Assembly: GCA_963665665.1 (NCBI GenBank)
Contig: OY762428.1
Location: 4,608,001-4,672,000 of the forward strand
Direction of reading: 5' to 3'
Length of the DNA: 64,000 nucleotides
From: Candidatus Kapaibacterium sp.
GTDB lineage: Bacteria; Bacteroidota; Ignavibacteria; Kapaibacteriales; UBA2268
Shown in pieces: positions 47,764-58,019 of the stretch. Made by a program: the position numbers and the translations under genes. The stretch's first letter is position 1, and each line of letters opens with the position of its first letter. The notes beneath the pieces were generated by a model. The model saw nothing but the letters and a program-made list of their open reading frames with translations, was not told the origin of the DNA and did no database searches.

Positions 47764-49737
47764 GTGAGGATACTAATGCCGGTTAAGCAGTCACTTGGCG
47801 GAAACCCGAAATTTGCTTCAAACTCCAGGGCCACTATATTTAAGGCCCTTATTATCGTAATATCATTGCTTTATACCGGCAGGCTGGCTATGTTGCAGAT
47901 AATTGAAGGAAATATATATCGTGAAGTAAGTGAAAACCAGGCAATAAAAAAAATATCAGTGGAGCCTTTCAGGGGTAATATGTACGACAGGAACGGCAAG
48001 TTAATTGTTCATAACGAGCCCTCATTCACAATCACACTTACCCCAAATGATTTTAAACTTGAATCTCTGCCATTGTTGCTTTCAATTATTCCTGCCGATA
48101 CACTCGAGATTATTTCAGCGCTTTCTTCCTTATATAATAATAAGCAATTTAACAGCCAGGTTTTGCCAACAATTAGCGAGATGCTCAATATTGGAAAAAG
48201 CAAAATAAGCAAACGTCCCAGGAATGTAGGGTTTTATTCCCGGTTTTCCCCGGTAAAAATATACAGGGATGCTCAATTTTCGGAAATATCAAAGATAGAG
48301 GAATTTAGCGATTTCCTGCCGGGGGTTGATATCCTTGTTGAATCAAAACGCCTTTATGAGTTTGATGGAAAAATGGCTCATATTATGGGATATACCAGGG
48401 AAATATCTCCTTCGGAACTGAAACGGAAATCCTATTACCGTCCCGGCGATTATATTGGCAAGCGTGGCCTGGAAAGAACTTATGAAGACCTTCTGCGTGG
48501 AAATCCCGGAGTTCAATTTGTTGCAGTCAACAGTGCCGGACAGAAAATATCTGTTTTCGACAAGGGAAAGAACGATGTTCCGGCGCAGAACGGGTTCGAT
48601 CTTTATTTAAGTATTGATGCACGCCTTCAGGAAGAAGCCGAAAAGCAATTAGAAGGAAAGGTTGGAGCCGTAGTAGCAATCGAGCCTGCAACAGGCGAGA
48701 TTATGGTATTAGCATCCAGCCCTGATTTCGATCCACGGGATTTTGCAGGAAAAATTCCCAGGGGGCTGTTTACTTCCTTGTATAGTAATCCCGATAAACC
48801 TATGTATAACAGGGCTGTTCAATCTTCCAACCCGCCGGGATCGACATGGAAAATGCTGATGGCGATAGCTGCCCTCCAGGAGGGATTAATTGATGAACAC
48901 ACAACATTTTACTGTGCCGGTGGTATGCATTACGGGGGAAGATTTCCAAAATGCCACGGGGCCCATGGAAATATTAGTGTCAGGCGGGCAATTCAAACCT
49001 CCTGCAATGTTTTTTTCTACAACCTCGGGTTGAAACTTGGTATGGAAAAATTCGAGAAGTATGGGAAAATGTTCGGATTTGGGCAGTTAAGCGGGCTTGA
49101 CCTTCCCGGTGAAAACAAAGGCTTGCTTCCAACAATGAAATGGTTGAAAGATAATCCCCGGTCGGGAGGTTTCCAGAAAGGAAAACTGCTCAATTATGGT
49201 ATCGGCCAGGGGGAAATACTAACAACTCCGTTGCAGCTTGCGGCCTATACCGCCACGATTGCAAACGAAGGTACTTATAATCAGCCGCATTTGGTTAAAT
49301 CAATGAGAAATCTAATTACAAATAAAATTGAACCAATAGAATATCAGTCCAGGGAATTACCAATTGAGAAAAAAATATTTCAAATTGTAAAAAAAGGCAT
49401 GTACGACGTTGTGAATATTCCTGGCGGAACAGCTGCTTCGGCACGTATCCCCGGAAAGGATGTTTGCGGCAAAACCGGCACAGCGCAGAACCCCGGGGTG
49501 GATCATGCCTGGTTTGTAGCTTTTGCTCCTTTGGAAGCGCCGGAAATAGCAATTTGCGTATTTATTGAAAATGCCGGATTTGGTGGTACACACGCCGCAC
49601 CCGTAGCCAAAAAAGTATTTGAAAAATTCTTTTTTCCTGATTCCGTTAAAAAGCCTGTTATGCCTGATACTACAGATTTTGAGCAACTTTTACGCCAGGA
49701 TACTGTTATAAATGATGATATGACTATATTGAATTAA
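47764..49737 (+). CDS. mrdA: Penicillin-binding protein 2 (class B)
   Basis: RGNMYDRNG, GKRGLE, STWK (SxxK), SCN (SxN), KTGTAQ. Confidence 0.93.
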   Translation: MRILMPVKQSLGGNPKFASNSRATIFKALIIVISLLYTGRLAMLQIIEGNIYREVSENQAIKKISVEPFRGNMYDRNGKLIVHNEPSFTITLTPNDFKLESLPLLLSIIPADTLEIISALSSLYNNKQFNSQVLPTISEMLNIGKSKISKRPRNVGFYSRFSPVKIYRDAQFSEISKIEEFSDFLPGVDILVESKRLYEFDGKMAHIMGYTREISPSELKRKSYYRPGDYIGKRGLERTYEDLLRGNPGVQFVAVNSAGQKISVFDKGKNDVPAQNGFDLYLSIDARLQEEAEKQLEGKVGAVVAIEPATGEIMVLASSPDFDPRDFAGKIPRGLFTSLYSNPDKPMYNRAVQSSNPPGSTWKMLMAIAALQEGLIDEHTTFYCAGGMHYGGRFPKCHGAHGNISVRRAIQTSCNVFFYNLGLKLGMEKFEKYGKMFGFGQLSGLDLPGENKGLLPTMKWLKDNPRSGGFQKGKLLNYGIGQGEILTTPLQLAAYTATIANEGTYNQPHLVKSMRNLITNKIEPIEYQSRELPIEKKIFQIVKKGMYDVVNIPGGTAASARIPGKDVCGKTGTAQNPGVDHAWFVAFAPLEAPEIAICVFIENAGFGGTHAAPVAKKVFEKFFFPDSVKKPVMPDTTDFEQLLRQDTVINDDMTILN

Positions 49738-49754
49738 TTTTAAATGGAAATGAT

Positions 49755-51722
49755 ATGAAAAACTTTGCCCTGCTGACTACTGCAATATTTATTCTGATCT
49801 CATGTGCTTATTCCGGTTTTGCCCTTAGTTTGTCTCAGCCGGAAAGCATTGTTTATGATGATTCCCGTGGTGTTTACTATATTTCAAACGTTGGCACGCA
49901 TGGTATGGAAGACGGAAAAATTATAATTATGGAATCCGACGGAAGCCTTGAACTGATGAATACGGAGAGGTTTTATGATCCAAAGGGAATGACAATATAT
50001 AATGACTACCTGTTCGTCGTGGATTTGAACGAAATTATTATAATTGATCTTTCGACAGGTAAATCGGTTGATCGTATTACCGTTAACGAAGCCTATTTCA
50101 TGAACGATATTTGTTCAGACGGGAAGGGGAATCTATACATCACGGATACACAGCAGAGCATTGTTTTTAAGTTCGATACAAAAGCCGGAACAGTAGCAAA
50201 TTTTAATCCGAAGGGGCATATAGAAAGGCCAAATGGTATTTATTTTCATGAAGGTTACCTCTATCTTGTTTCCTACAGGGATAATTCACCTGTTCAAAAG
50301 ATCAATACTGAAACCAGAGATGTTGAAACCGTCGCTGCCACAAGCATATCCAATCTTGACGGAATAACCCGCGACCGGCAGGGTAATTTTTATATATCAT
50401 CATGGGACGACGGGCTTGGAGGTTCAGGTAAGATATATCGCTTTAATAGTGATTTTTCCAGTGGCCCGGAAGAAATTGCTTCAGGGCTGACACAGCCTGC
50501 TGATATTTATTTCAATTTCAGGAATGATACTCTCTGTGTTCCGAATATGTCGATAAGCAGGATTGATTATTTTGGTTTTCCATATATGCCGGATACACCG
50601 GTACTTAAATTACCTGAAAACAATAGCGTGGGATTAGGAACAAGCATCGTTTTCAGATGGAACTGGTCCAACGGCGCTTACAGGTATTTCCTGCAAATAT
50701 CCGAAAAAAATGATTTTTCGGAATTGTTTACTGAAGATACACTTGATTATCTTACTTACAGGCAGGTTGAAGGGCTTGAACCGGGAAAGCAATATTACTG
50801 GCGTGTTTATACTTGCAACCTGATTGATAAAACTCCCTGGAGTGAGACATGGACATTCACTACTGCCGAAGAATCAATTGATGCACCGGATCTGATCAGC
50901 CCGGAAAACGGTTTAACAAATGTTGCACGTAAACCTGAATTTATCTGGAGCAGGGTGGAGTGCGAGCAGTTCAGAATGCAACTGTCAGTTGATCCGGAGT
51001 TTAATGATGCTGAAAATATTGTTCAAAATGATACGATTTTCGTTCCTGAAAATGATCTTGAAGCTTCAACCGAATATTTCTGGAGGGTCAGATCGGAAAA
51101 TGACGGACAGGATGGGCCCTGGTCAACAGTTTTTTCATTTACAACAGAAACAAACCTGCCGGGAAAACCTGTTCTTTTAAAACCGGAAAACAGCTCTACA
51201 AATCTTGAACCGGCAGATATTGTGTTTGAGTGGAATATTGCTGAAAATGCAATTGCATACAGGTTGATAGCTTCTCATGGAATTGAAATGGAGGAATTAA
51301 TTCTGGATACACTTTTTGATAATGCTGATGCTGTTTCCTATACACTAAAATACCCTGAAGAAATGGCTTACTACTATTGGCAGGTGGGCGCTGTGAATGA
51401 GGACGATGTTACTGAATGGTCGGATGTTTGGGTGTTTACAACAACAATGGGTGGGGCTGTTGATGATAATTTTGCAGGGGAAATACAATTAAAAATCAGC
51501 CCGAATCCTGCAAATGAATATCTTGTTATTGAATATGACAATACAACAGCATCGTCATTGATGCTTACTGTTGCTGATGTGAATGGAAATGTTATAAAGG
51601 TAGTTGACAGGATTATTTCCAATAAAACCAAAATTGATATAAGAGATATACAAGCGGGATTCTATAATATTATTATCGAATACAGGAACAGGTCTACTGC
51701 ATTGAAATTGATTAAAGAATAG
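49755..51722 (+). CDS. Secreted SMP-30/gluconolactonase-like beta-propeller with three FN3-like repeats and a T9SS sorting domain
   Basis: Signal peptide; QPES, PKGM, MNDI, PNGI, LDGI, PADI blades; three P.L..PEN...YYW.V...WS..W.F.T repeats; ISPNPA...G.Y C-terminal domain. Confidence 0.85.
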   Translation: MKNFALLTTAIFILISCAYSGFALSLSQPESIVYDDSRGVYYISNVGTHGMEDGKIIIMESDGSLELMNTERFYDPKGMTIYNDYLFVVDLNEIIIIDLSTGKSVDRITVNEAYFMNDICSDGKGNLYITDTQQSIVFKFDTKAGTVANFNPKGHIERPNGIYFHEGYLYLVSYRDNSPVQKINTETRDVETVAATSISNLDGITRDRQGNFYISSWDDGLGGSGKIYRFNSDFSSGPEEIASGLTQPADIYFNFRNDTLCVPNMSISRIDYFGFPYMPDTPVLKLPENNSVGLGTSIVFRWNWSNGAYRYFLQISEKNDFSELFTEDTLDYLTYRQVEGLEPGKQYYWRVYTCNLIDKTPWSETWTFTTAEESIDAPDLISPENGLTNVARKPEFIWSRVECEQFRMQLSVDPEFNDAENIVQNDTIFVPENDLEASTEYFWRVRSENDGQDGPWSTVFSFTTETNLPGKPVLLKPENSSTNLEPADIVFEWNIAENAIAYRLIASHGIEMEELILDTLFDNADAVSYTLKYPEEMAYYYWQVGAVNEDDVTEWSDVWVFTTTMGGAVDDNFAGEIQLKISPNPANEYLVIEYDNTTASSLMLTVADVNGNVIKVVDRIISNKTKIDIRDIQAGFYNIIIEYRNRSTALKLIKE

Positions 51723-51752
51723 GGGACTGGTGATTTAACATCATAGCCTCTT

Positions 51753-52169
51753 ATGTTCCGGGATGATATGAATATGAAAACAAGAGTTAGAAATATTTCA
51801 ATTTCCGTATTGATTGCGCTATCGGGAATTTTTTGGATATTGAATTTCAATCGGATTAATATTGACGGAATTTCCGGAGAGTTGTCCAGCCTGATATTGG
51901 GGGAGGATACGAGATACTCAAAAGAGTTTTCGGATTTTAAATTCGATTTGATAAGATCAGGTATGACAAAAGATGAGGTTATTTGTTTACTCGGGGAGCC
52001 ATTGAATTATTTCAAGCCTTATGATTTCCCGGGGGCTGATCCGGGAAAGATGCATTATTTGGCTTTGCAATACAGCGATAGCCCTTCATCCACACATTAC
52101 AGGCTGCGACAGATAGTGATAAATGGGAATGTTGTCATTGATAAAATCGGATATTTTTATGTCGATTGA
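51753..52169 (+). CDS. Membrane-anchored protein with a SmpA/OmlA-like motif
   Basis: One TM helix; FDLIRSGMTKDEVICLLGEP. Confidence 0.6.
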   Translation: MFRDDMNMKTRVRNISISVLIALSGIFWILNFNRINIDGISGELSSLILGEDTRYSKEFSDFKFDLIRSGMTKDEVICLLGEPLNYFKPYDFPGADPGKMHYLALQYSDSPSSTHYRLRQIVINGNVVIDKIGYFYVD

Positions 52170-52372
52170 AAAGTAGAAAAATTATTGGAGAGGGTTTTCA
52201 AGTTTAATGAATGAAAAGATGAAAGACAGCAATAATTATCACCACATCGCCATATATTCAGGAGGCATCATTCAGTATGACACCCTGGTAAAGAGTGAAC
52301 GGCTTCCTTTAAAAAAAACAGCGATTTAAGGTGAAATAATCTTAACTTGCAAAAAATCAAAAGGAGCATCAA

Positions 52373-52660
52373 ATGGCAAACAAACGAAGAAATTACAGTT
52401 CAAAATTCAAAATGCAGGTAGCCCTGGAGGCAGTCCAAGAGAGAAAAACAATAACCGAGCTGGCATCGGAGTACGGGGTTCATCCAAACCAGATAAGCAT
52501 GTGGAAAAAGCATTTAAAAGAAAGTGAAAAGGAAGTATTTGAAAACAAGCGTGGGCCAGGGAAGAATAAAAAAGAAAAAGACGAATCAGTATTATATGAA
52601 GAAATAGGCCGGCTAAAAATTGAATTAGACTGGTTAAAAAAAAAATTGGGCCGTGAGTAA
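52373..52660 (+). CDS. IS3 transposase OrfA
   Basis: Translation identical to 20708-20995. Confidence 0.95.
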   Translation: MANKRRNYSSKFKMQVALEAVQERKTITELASEYGVHPNQISMWKKHLKESEKEVFENKRGPGKNKKEKDESVLYEEIGRLKIELDWLKKKLGRE

Positions 52661-53498
52661 AGAAGAACGCAGGAAGATGGTAGATGCTGATAATAAAGAA
52701 ATTAGCATAAGCCGGCAGTGCGAGCTTTTGGGTATTAGCAGGAGCTGTTATTATTACAAACCCAAGGGTGAAAGTGAAGCAAATATTCTATATATGAAGC
52801 TGATCAAAGAACAATTCGCGATTACTCCATTTTATGGAGCCAGAAAAATGACAGCACACTTACGTTCTTTGGGATACCATGTTAACTATAAACGAATCAG
52901 GCGATTAATGAAATTATTGGGACTTCGGGCAATATATCCCCAACCGGACACGAGCAAACCGAACAAGGAGCACAAAATTTATCCATACCTGTTGAGGGAT
53001 ATGAAAATAAGTCGTCCGGATCAGGTTTGGAGCCTGGATATAACATATATTCCGATGCGTAAAGGATTTATGTATCTTATAGCAATTATAGATGTTTATA
53101 GCAGGTATATCGTCGACTGGGAATTATCGAATAACCTTGAGAAGGAGTTCTGCATAGATACAATAAAAAGGTCTTTGAAAACCAGGAAACCGGAAATAAC
53201 AAACACGGATCAGGGCAGTCAGTTCACGAGCAATGATTTTGTGAAAACGATTCTGGATGCTGATGTTAAGGTAAGCATGGACGGCAAGGGCCGCGCCTTG
53301 GACAATGTTTACATAGAACGCTTCTGGCGGAGCTTTAAATACGAAGACCTGTATCTGAAGTCTTACGAAGACGGAAAAGAGCTCTATGGCGGTATAAAGG
53401 CTTATGTCGATTGGTATAACAACACGAGGCCGCACGCAGGAATTGAATACCAGATTCCGGCTGAAAAATATATGAACGAACAGCGGTTCGTTAATTGA
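52653..53498 (+). CDS. IS3 transposase OrfB
   Basis: Translation identical to 19870-20715; DDE motifs. Confidence 0.95.
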   Translation: MSKEERRKMVDADNKEISISRQCELLGISRSCYYYKPKGESEANILYMKLIKEQFAITPFYGARKMTAHLRSLGYHVNYKRIRRLMKLLGLRAIYPQPDTSKPNKEHKIYPYLLRDMKISRPDQVWSLDITYIPMRKGFMYLIAIIDVYSRYIVDWELSNNLEKEFCIDTIKRSLKTRKPEITNTDQGSQFTSNDFVKTILDADVKVSMDGKGRALDNVYIERFWRSFKYEDLYLKSYEDGKELYGGIKAYVDWYNNTRPHAGIEYQIPAEKYMNEQRFVN

Positions 53499-53874
53499 AA
53501 ACTTTGTTGGAAAAGTGAAAAAATGTAATCCGGTAAGCAATTGATAAAAAAAGAAATAGAAAGGAGAGTGAAAGTTATCCACAATTTCCAGGTTGTTAAC
53601 AAAAAGAAAAAAAAGTAGCAAAAAAAAGAAAAATTAATATTATTACATATTTTTTTCTTATTTTATTAGAGAAGAAGTATAGATTAATAAACACCATAAA
53701 CTATACTTTTATTTGTCTAAGCAATAGGGAGCATTTCAGAGATGAATGGGGAAGGGGATGGATATTCAAAATATAGAATCCATTATAAATAAAAAGTGGT
53801 ATGAATTCTGGAAATAGTTGTTTTATCTAATTGTTTGACTGATGTTGAAATAACAAATTTTGAAAATCCTCACC

Positions 53875-54186
53875 CTATTCCTCGCATTGCTTTTGGGATT
53901 CTATTTCAAGATTGCGGATCAGGTCACGCATCTTGATGTAGCGTCGGATACCGAGTATCACGGTAATAAGAGCCGAGGGCAGGAATATCCAGCCGATAAT
54001 GGTAGTATGTAAGGCGCCGAAGAATTTTATGAATGAGAATCCCGCCACGGCAAGTGTCAGGGCCGTCCGCTGGTATGATAGGAATGTCCTTTCGTTGGCC
54101 AGAATGGAACGCGCCGCGGCAAGCTGGTCGTTCAGCGGCAATTCCTTTTCAATGAATCTCTGGTATAAATTTTTCCCGATTTGCAT
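53875..54186 (-). CDS. DUF202 (YidH-like) membrane protein
   Basis: LAAARSILANERTFLSYQRT followed by two TM segments. Confidence 0.88.
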   Translation of the reverse strand: MQIGKNLYQRFIEKELPLNDQLAAARSILANERTFLSYQRTALTLAVAGFSFIKFFGALHTTIIGWIFLPSALITVILGIRRYIKMRDLIRNLEIESQKQCEE

Positions 54187-54195
54187 TATTACTCC

Positions 54196-54876
54196 TTATA
54201 ATTCCCAAAGATGTCCGAATTCTTTCAATATCCTGTATGGTTCGCGGTAGTCAGGCATCATTTTTTCAACTATCTGCCAGAATCTTGGTGAGTGGTTCAT
54301 TTCCCACAGATGGGCGAACTCGTGCACGATTACATAATCTATTACTCCTTCAGGAGCCATTATCAGGCGCAGTGAGAAATTGATATTCCCGGCGCTGCTG
54401 CAGGAGCCCCACCTCTTTTTAGCCGAAGATATTTTAATATTTTTATAATTTACGCCTACTTGCTCGGCAATTTCCATTGCCCTCGGTACAATAAAACTTT
54501 TTGAATTCTGCTTGTAAAACTCCTCGAAAACGGCGGGGCCGAATTTCCTGTGTGCCTCGGCAAGGAAGAAAACATTATCCCGAAATTCCAGTGAATAACG
54601 CGAATTTTTGACAATTTTCAAAGGGTACTGTCTCCCCTTGAAGAAATACATTTCTCCGTCCGAAAAGGTTTTTTCCGGATTCAGAGCTCTTCGGTTTCGT
54701 ACTTCATGCTGCTTTCTTTCTATCCAGTCGCGCTTGGTTTCCAGCAGGCGGTAAATCTCCTTTTCCGATGCCCGGATTGGAGCGCGTACTATCAGAGAAC
54801 CGTTTTTATCAACAATAAGAGATATCGTCGTCCTGTGCGACCTTACTAACTGATCTATTTTAATTCCCGGCTTCAT
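54196..54876 (-). CDS. YgjP/DUF45-like zinc metallohydrolase
   Basis: RWGSCS, DYVIVHEFAH (HExxH), NHSPRFW. Confidence 0.92.
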   Translation of the reverse strand: MKPGIKIDQLVRSHRTTISLIVDKNGSLIVRAPIRASEKEIYRLLETKRDWIERKQHEVRNRRALNPEKTFSDGEMYFFKGRQYPLKIVKNSRYSLEFRDNVFFLAEAHRKFGPAVFEEFYKQNSKSFIVPRAMEIAEQVGVNYKNIKISSAKKRWGSCSSAGNINFSLRLIMAPEGVIDYVIVHEFAHLWEMNHSPRFWQIVEKMMPDYREPYRILKEFGHLWEL

Positions 54877-55348
54877 TCGGTTTATTTCCCGGCCTGTTTA
54901 GAATACTGTTCTGAATATTATTTAAAATCCGGCTTACAGGCAGGTCAAGAACTCCGCCCTTGCCATTATTAACTGCCTTAACCCATGCCTGATATTGGTT
55001 AGAGTAATCAGGAATCGGCACGTTTTCCTGTACCAGCTTTACAACGCTTTTCCTGACAGCCGCCTCTGTAAGCGGAAGGTGTGATACTCCCTGGCTGAAA
55101 CCTTTGGGATGTGCCGGATTTTTAATTTTAATACCGTTCACATTTATGTGTACAACTTTACCAAATGCAGGATTTGTTTCCGTTTTTAATATCTGAATTG
55201 TCGATCTTTCCTCTCCGGGGCGCGTTTTATAACTCCAAAGCTGTCCCGGTTTGAATTCAATGTTTGCTGTTTCCGGTTCTTTATTTTCATCTCCTCCGCA
55301 GGAAATGAAAATAAAGGCTGCAATAAATAATAATAGTAATGGTTTCAT
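54860..55348 (-). CDS. Hypothetical lipoprotein
   Basis: MKPLLLLFIAAFIFISC lipobox; GQLWSYKTRPGE, HLPL. Confidence 0.75.
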   Translation of the reverse strand: MKPLLLLFIAAFIFISCGGDENKEPETANIEFKPGQLWSYKTRPGEERSTIQILKTETNPAFGKVVHINVNGIKIKNPAHPKGFSQGVSHLPLTEAAVRKSVVKLVQENVPIPDYSNQYQAWVKAVNNGKGGVLDLPVSRILNNIQNSILNRPGNKPNEAGN

Positions 55349-55361
55349 TATATTTCCCCTT

Positions 55362-57998
55362 TTACTTTCTACCTCTTCTGGCTTCTTTCTGCAGGTCTGC
55401 AAGAACCTGCATTGCCTGTATAGGTGTTAAATTATTTAATTTCAGGTTAAGGACTTTGTCCCTGAGTTCATCATCCCTGAATTCAAAGATGGCAAGCTGA
55501 TCTTCTTTTGCTTTTTCTTTCATGGTTTTAATTTTATCCGTACTGCCGGTTTTGCTGCCTTTTTCGTCAGTAGATTCAAGTGTTTTAAGAATTTCGTCGG
55601 CACGTTTAACAATTTCCTTTGGCAGACCTGCCATTTTTGCCACATATATACCAAAGCTGTGGTCGCTGTACCCGGGTTTTACTTTATGTGAGAATACAAT
55701 TGCACTGCCTGCATCAATCACCTGCACCTGGTAGTTCTTTATCCTGTCATACCTGTCGGCAAGTTCATTCAATTCGTGATAGTGAGTGGCAAACAATGTT
55801 TTTGCACCGATAGCATTGTGAATATGCTCCGTGATAGCCCAGGCTATGGAAATACCGTCGAAAGTAGCAGTACCCCTTCCGACTTCATCCAGGAGTATGA
55901 GGCTTCTGCTCGTTGCATTGTTCATTATATTTGCCGCTTCAAGCATTTCCACGAGGAAAGTACTTTCACCGGCAGTCAGGTTATCCTGTGCGCCAACACG
56001 AGTGAATATTCTGTCAATAATTCCGAACTTCGCTGATTTGGCAGGAACGAAACAGCCGCATTGCCCCAAAAGTACGATTAGGGCAATCTGCCTTAGATAA
56101 CATGATTTACCGGACATATTAGGCCCCGTAAGAATATGTATCTGATCATTCTCATTTTCAAGCTTTGTTGAATTTGGCGTGAAAGATTCACCAACCGGAA
56201 GTATTCTTTCCACAACCGGGTGGCGGCCGTCCTTTATATCAATTTTATCGGATTCGTCAATTTTCGGCATCACATAATTATAATCAACCGAGGCTTTAGC
56301 ATATCCCTGCAGGCAGTCTATCACTGCTATGATGTATGCGTTTTCCTGTATTTCCGAAGTAAATTTAACTACTTCCTCTCTCATCTGTGTGAAAAGGTCA
56401 TTTTCTATCTCATTGATCTTTTCTTCGGCGCTGAAGAGTTTTTCTTCAATTACTTTCAGTTCGGGAGTGGTATATCTTTCTGAATTTGTCAGAGTCTGTT
56501 TGCGTTCATAGCTTTCAGGAACTTTACTCTGATGAACTTTTGTTACTTCAATATAATAACCGAATACATTATTATATCCGACTTTCAGGGAGCTGATACC
56601 GGTTGATTCTCTTTCCTTATCCCTGTATTGGCTTATCCATTCTTTTCCGGAATGCTTAGCTTCAATATAGCCGTCCAGTTCCTCGGAATATCCCGGGCGG
56701 AATATATTCCCGCTGCCCAGTACGGTGGATGGTTCGTCGAGAAATGCCCTGTCGATCAGTTCAATAACATTGGATGTATCCCTGAATGAATCGCCAAGAC
56801 GCTTCAAATCCTTACTGTTTAGTTCTGCCATCAGTGTTTGCATTGGCGGAATTATTCTCAGGCTGTGTGCCATGGATACGAAATCCCTCGGGTTTGGTTT
56901 TCCCGTACACAGTTTGGAAATCAGCCTTTCAATATCACCCGACTTGCCGAGTGTATTTCTTGTTTCCCCGAGAAGTTCAATGTTATCAACGAAAGCTTGT
57001 ACTGATTTCAGCCTCTTATTAATTTTTTCGAGGTTTTTAAGCGGACGTGATATCCAATTCTTGAGAAGCCTGCCGCCCATAGGAGTGGAAGTTTTATCAA
57101 GTATAGATATAAGCGAGCCATCTCTTTTGTTTTCAGCGAAAGACCATGTTATTTCCAGGTTGCGACGAGTGGCATAGTCCAGCGACATAAATTCGCCCGG
57201 ATCGTAAGCGCTGATTTTCATTATCTGATCGAGCTTGCCCTGGCGTGTTTCACTAATATAATGTATCAGCGCACCGGACGCAGCTATACCATTTTCAAGT
57301 TCATCAATCCCGTATCCTTTAAGGGTTTTCGTCTTGAAATGCTTTAGCAGTTCCTCACGTCCGAAAACCGGATCGAAGATCCATTCTTCCAGTTTTGTAT
57401 AAGAGGGTTTATATGAAAGGACGTCGAGTTCAGATTCAATGTCCGTTTTTTGTTTTTTACTTATAACTATCTCTGCAGGAGCCATAGCTTCTATTAGTTC
57501 GGGCAGGCGGTTAAGGGCCGTTTCCCCGGTAAAGAACTCACCGGTTGAAATATCTGCAAAACTAAATCCGATAATGAAGTTGCTTCCTTTTACTTTTTTC
57601 ATGTAGAGGGAAGCCACGTAATTGTTTTTCTTTGATTCAAGCAGCTTATCGTATAATGCTACTCCGGGGGTTACTACTTCCGTAACACCTCGTCGGACAA
57701 TCCCCCTGGATTGTTTGGGGTCTTCAAGCTGTTCGCATACTGCAACCCTGTATCCGGCTTTTACCAGTTTTGGCAGGTAGGCATCCAACTGATGGTGGGG
57801 GAAACCTGCTAAGGGCATATCGCCGGCAGCGCCGTTATTTCGCTTTGTAAGTGTAATACCGCAGGTTTCGGCAGTAATCCTGGCGTCCTCGTTGAAAGTC
57901 TCAAAGAAGTCGCCCAGCCTGAATAATAGTACAGTACCCGGGTATTTCTCCTTTATCCGGGTATATTGTTTCATCAAAGGTGTTTGTTTATCTTTCAT
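55362..57998 (-). CDS. mutS: DNA mismatch repair protein MutS
   Basis: TPLMKQY, FRLGDFFE, GPNMSGKS, STFLVEM, DEVGRGT, FATHYHEL. Confidence 0.98.
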   Translation of the reverse strand: MKDKQTPLMKQYTRIKEKYPGTVLLFRLGDFFETFNEDARITAETCGITLTKRNNGAAGDMPLAGFPHHQLDAYLPKLVKAGYRVAVCEQLEDPKQSRGIVRRGVTEVVTPGVALYDKLLESKKNNYVASLYMKKVKGSNFIIGFSFADISTGEFFTGETALNRLPELIEAMAPAEIVISKKQKTDIESELDVLSYKPSYTKLEEWIFDPVFGREELLKHFKTKTLKGYGIDELENGIAASGALIHYISETRQGKLDQIMKISAYDPGEFMSLDYATRRNLEITWSFAENKRDGSLISILDKTSTPMGGRLLKNWISRPLKNLEKINKRLKSVQAFVDNIELLGETRNTLGKSGDIERLISKLCTGKPNPRDFVSMAHSLRIIPPMQTLMAELNSKDLKRLGDSFRDTSNVIELIDRAFLDEPSTVLGSGNIFRPGYSEELDGYIEAKHSGKEWISQYRDKERESTGISSLKVGYNNVFGYYIEVTKVHQSKVPESYERKQTLTNSERYTTPELKVIEEKLFSAEEKINEIENDLFTQMREEVVKFTSEIQENAYIIAVIDCLQGYAKASVDYNYVMPKIDESDKIDIKDGRHPVVERILPVGESFTPNSTKLENENDQIHILTGPNMSGKSCYLRQIALIVLLGQCGCFVPAKSAKFGIIDRIFTRVGAQDNLTAGESTFLVEMLEAANIMNNATSRSLILLDEVGRGTATFDGISIAWAITEHIHNAIGAKTLFATHYHELNELADRYDRIKNYQVQVIDAGSAIVFSHKVKPGYSDHSFGIYVAKMAGLPKEIVKRADEILKTLESTDEKGSKTGSTDKIKTMKEKAKEDQLAIFEFRDDELRDKVLNLKLNNLTPIQAMQVLADLQKEARRGRK

Positions 57999-58019
57999 TG
58001 TCTGTCCGTATCAGCAAAT

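Larger units (their letters stand above)
52296..53738 (+). mobile_element. IS3-family insertion sequence, copy 2 (1443 bp)
   Basis: Same ends as copy 1; 3-bp target duplication GAG; identical translated ORFs. Confidence 0.95.

Noticed and set aside
19630-53738. Composite transposon bounded by the two IS3 copies
   Set aside because: Each copy has its own target duplication, the outer flanks differ (ATA vs GAG), and the interior holds housekeeping genes.
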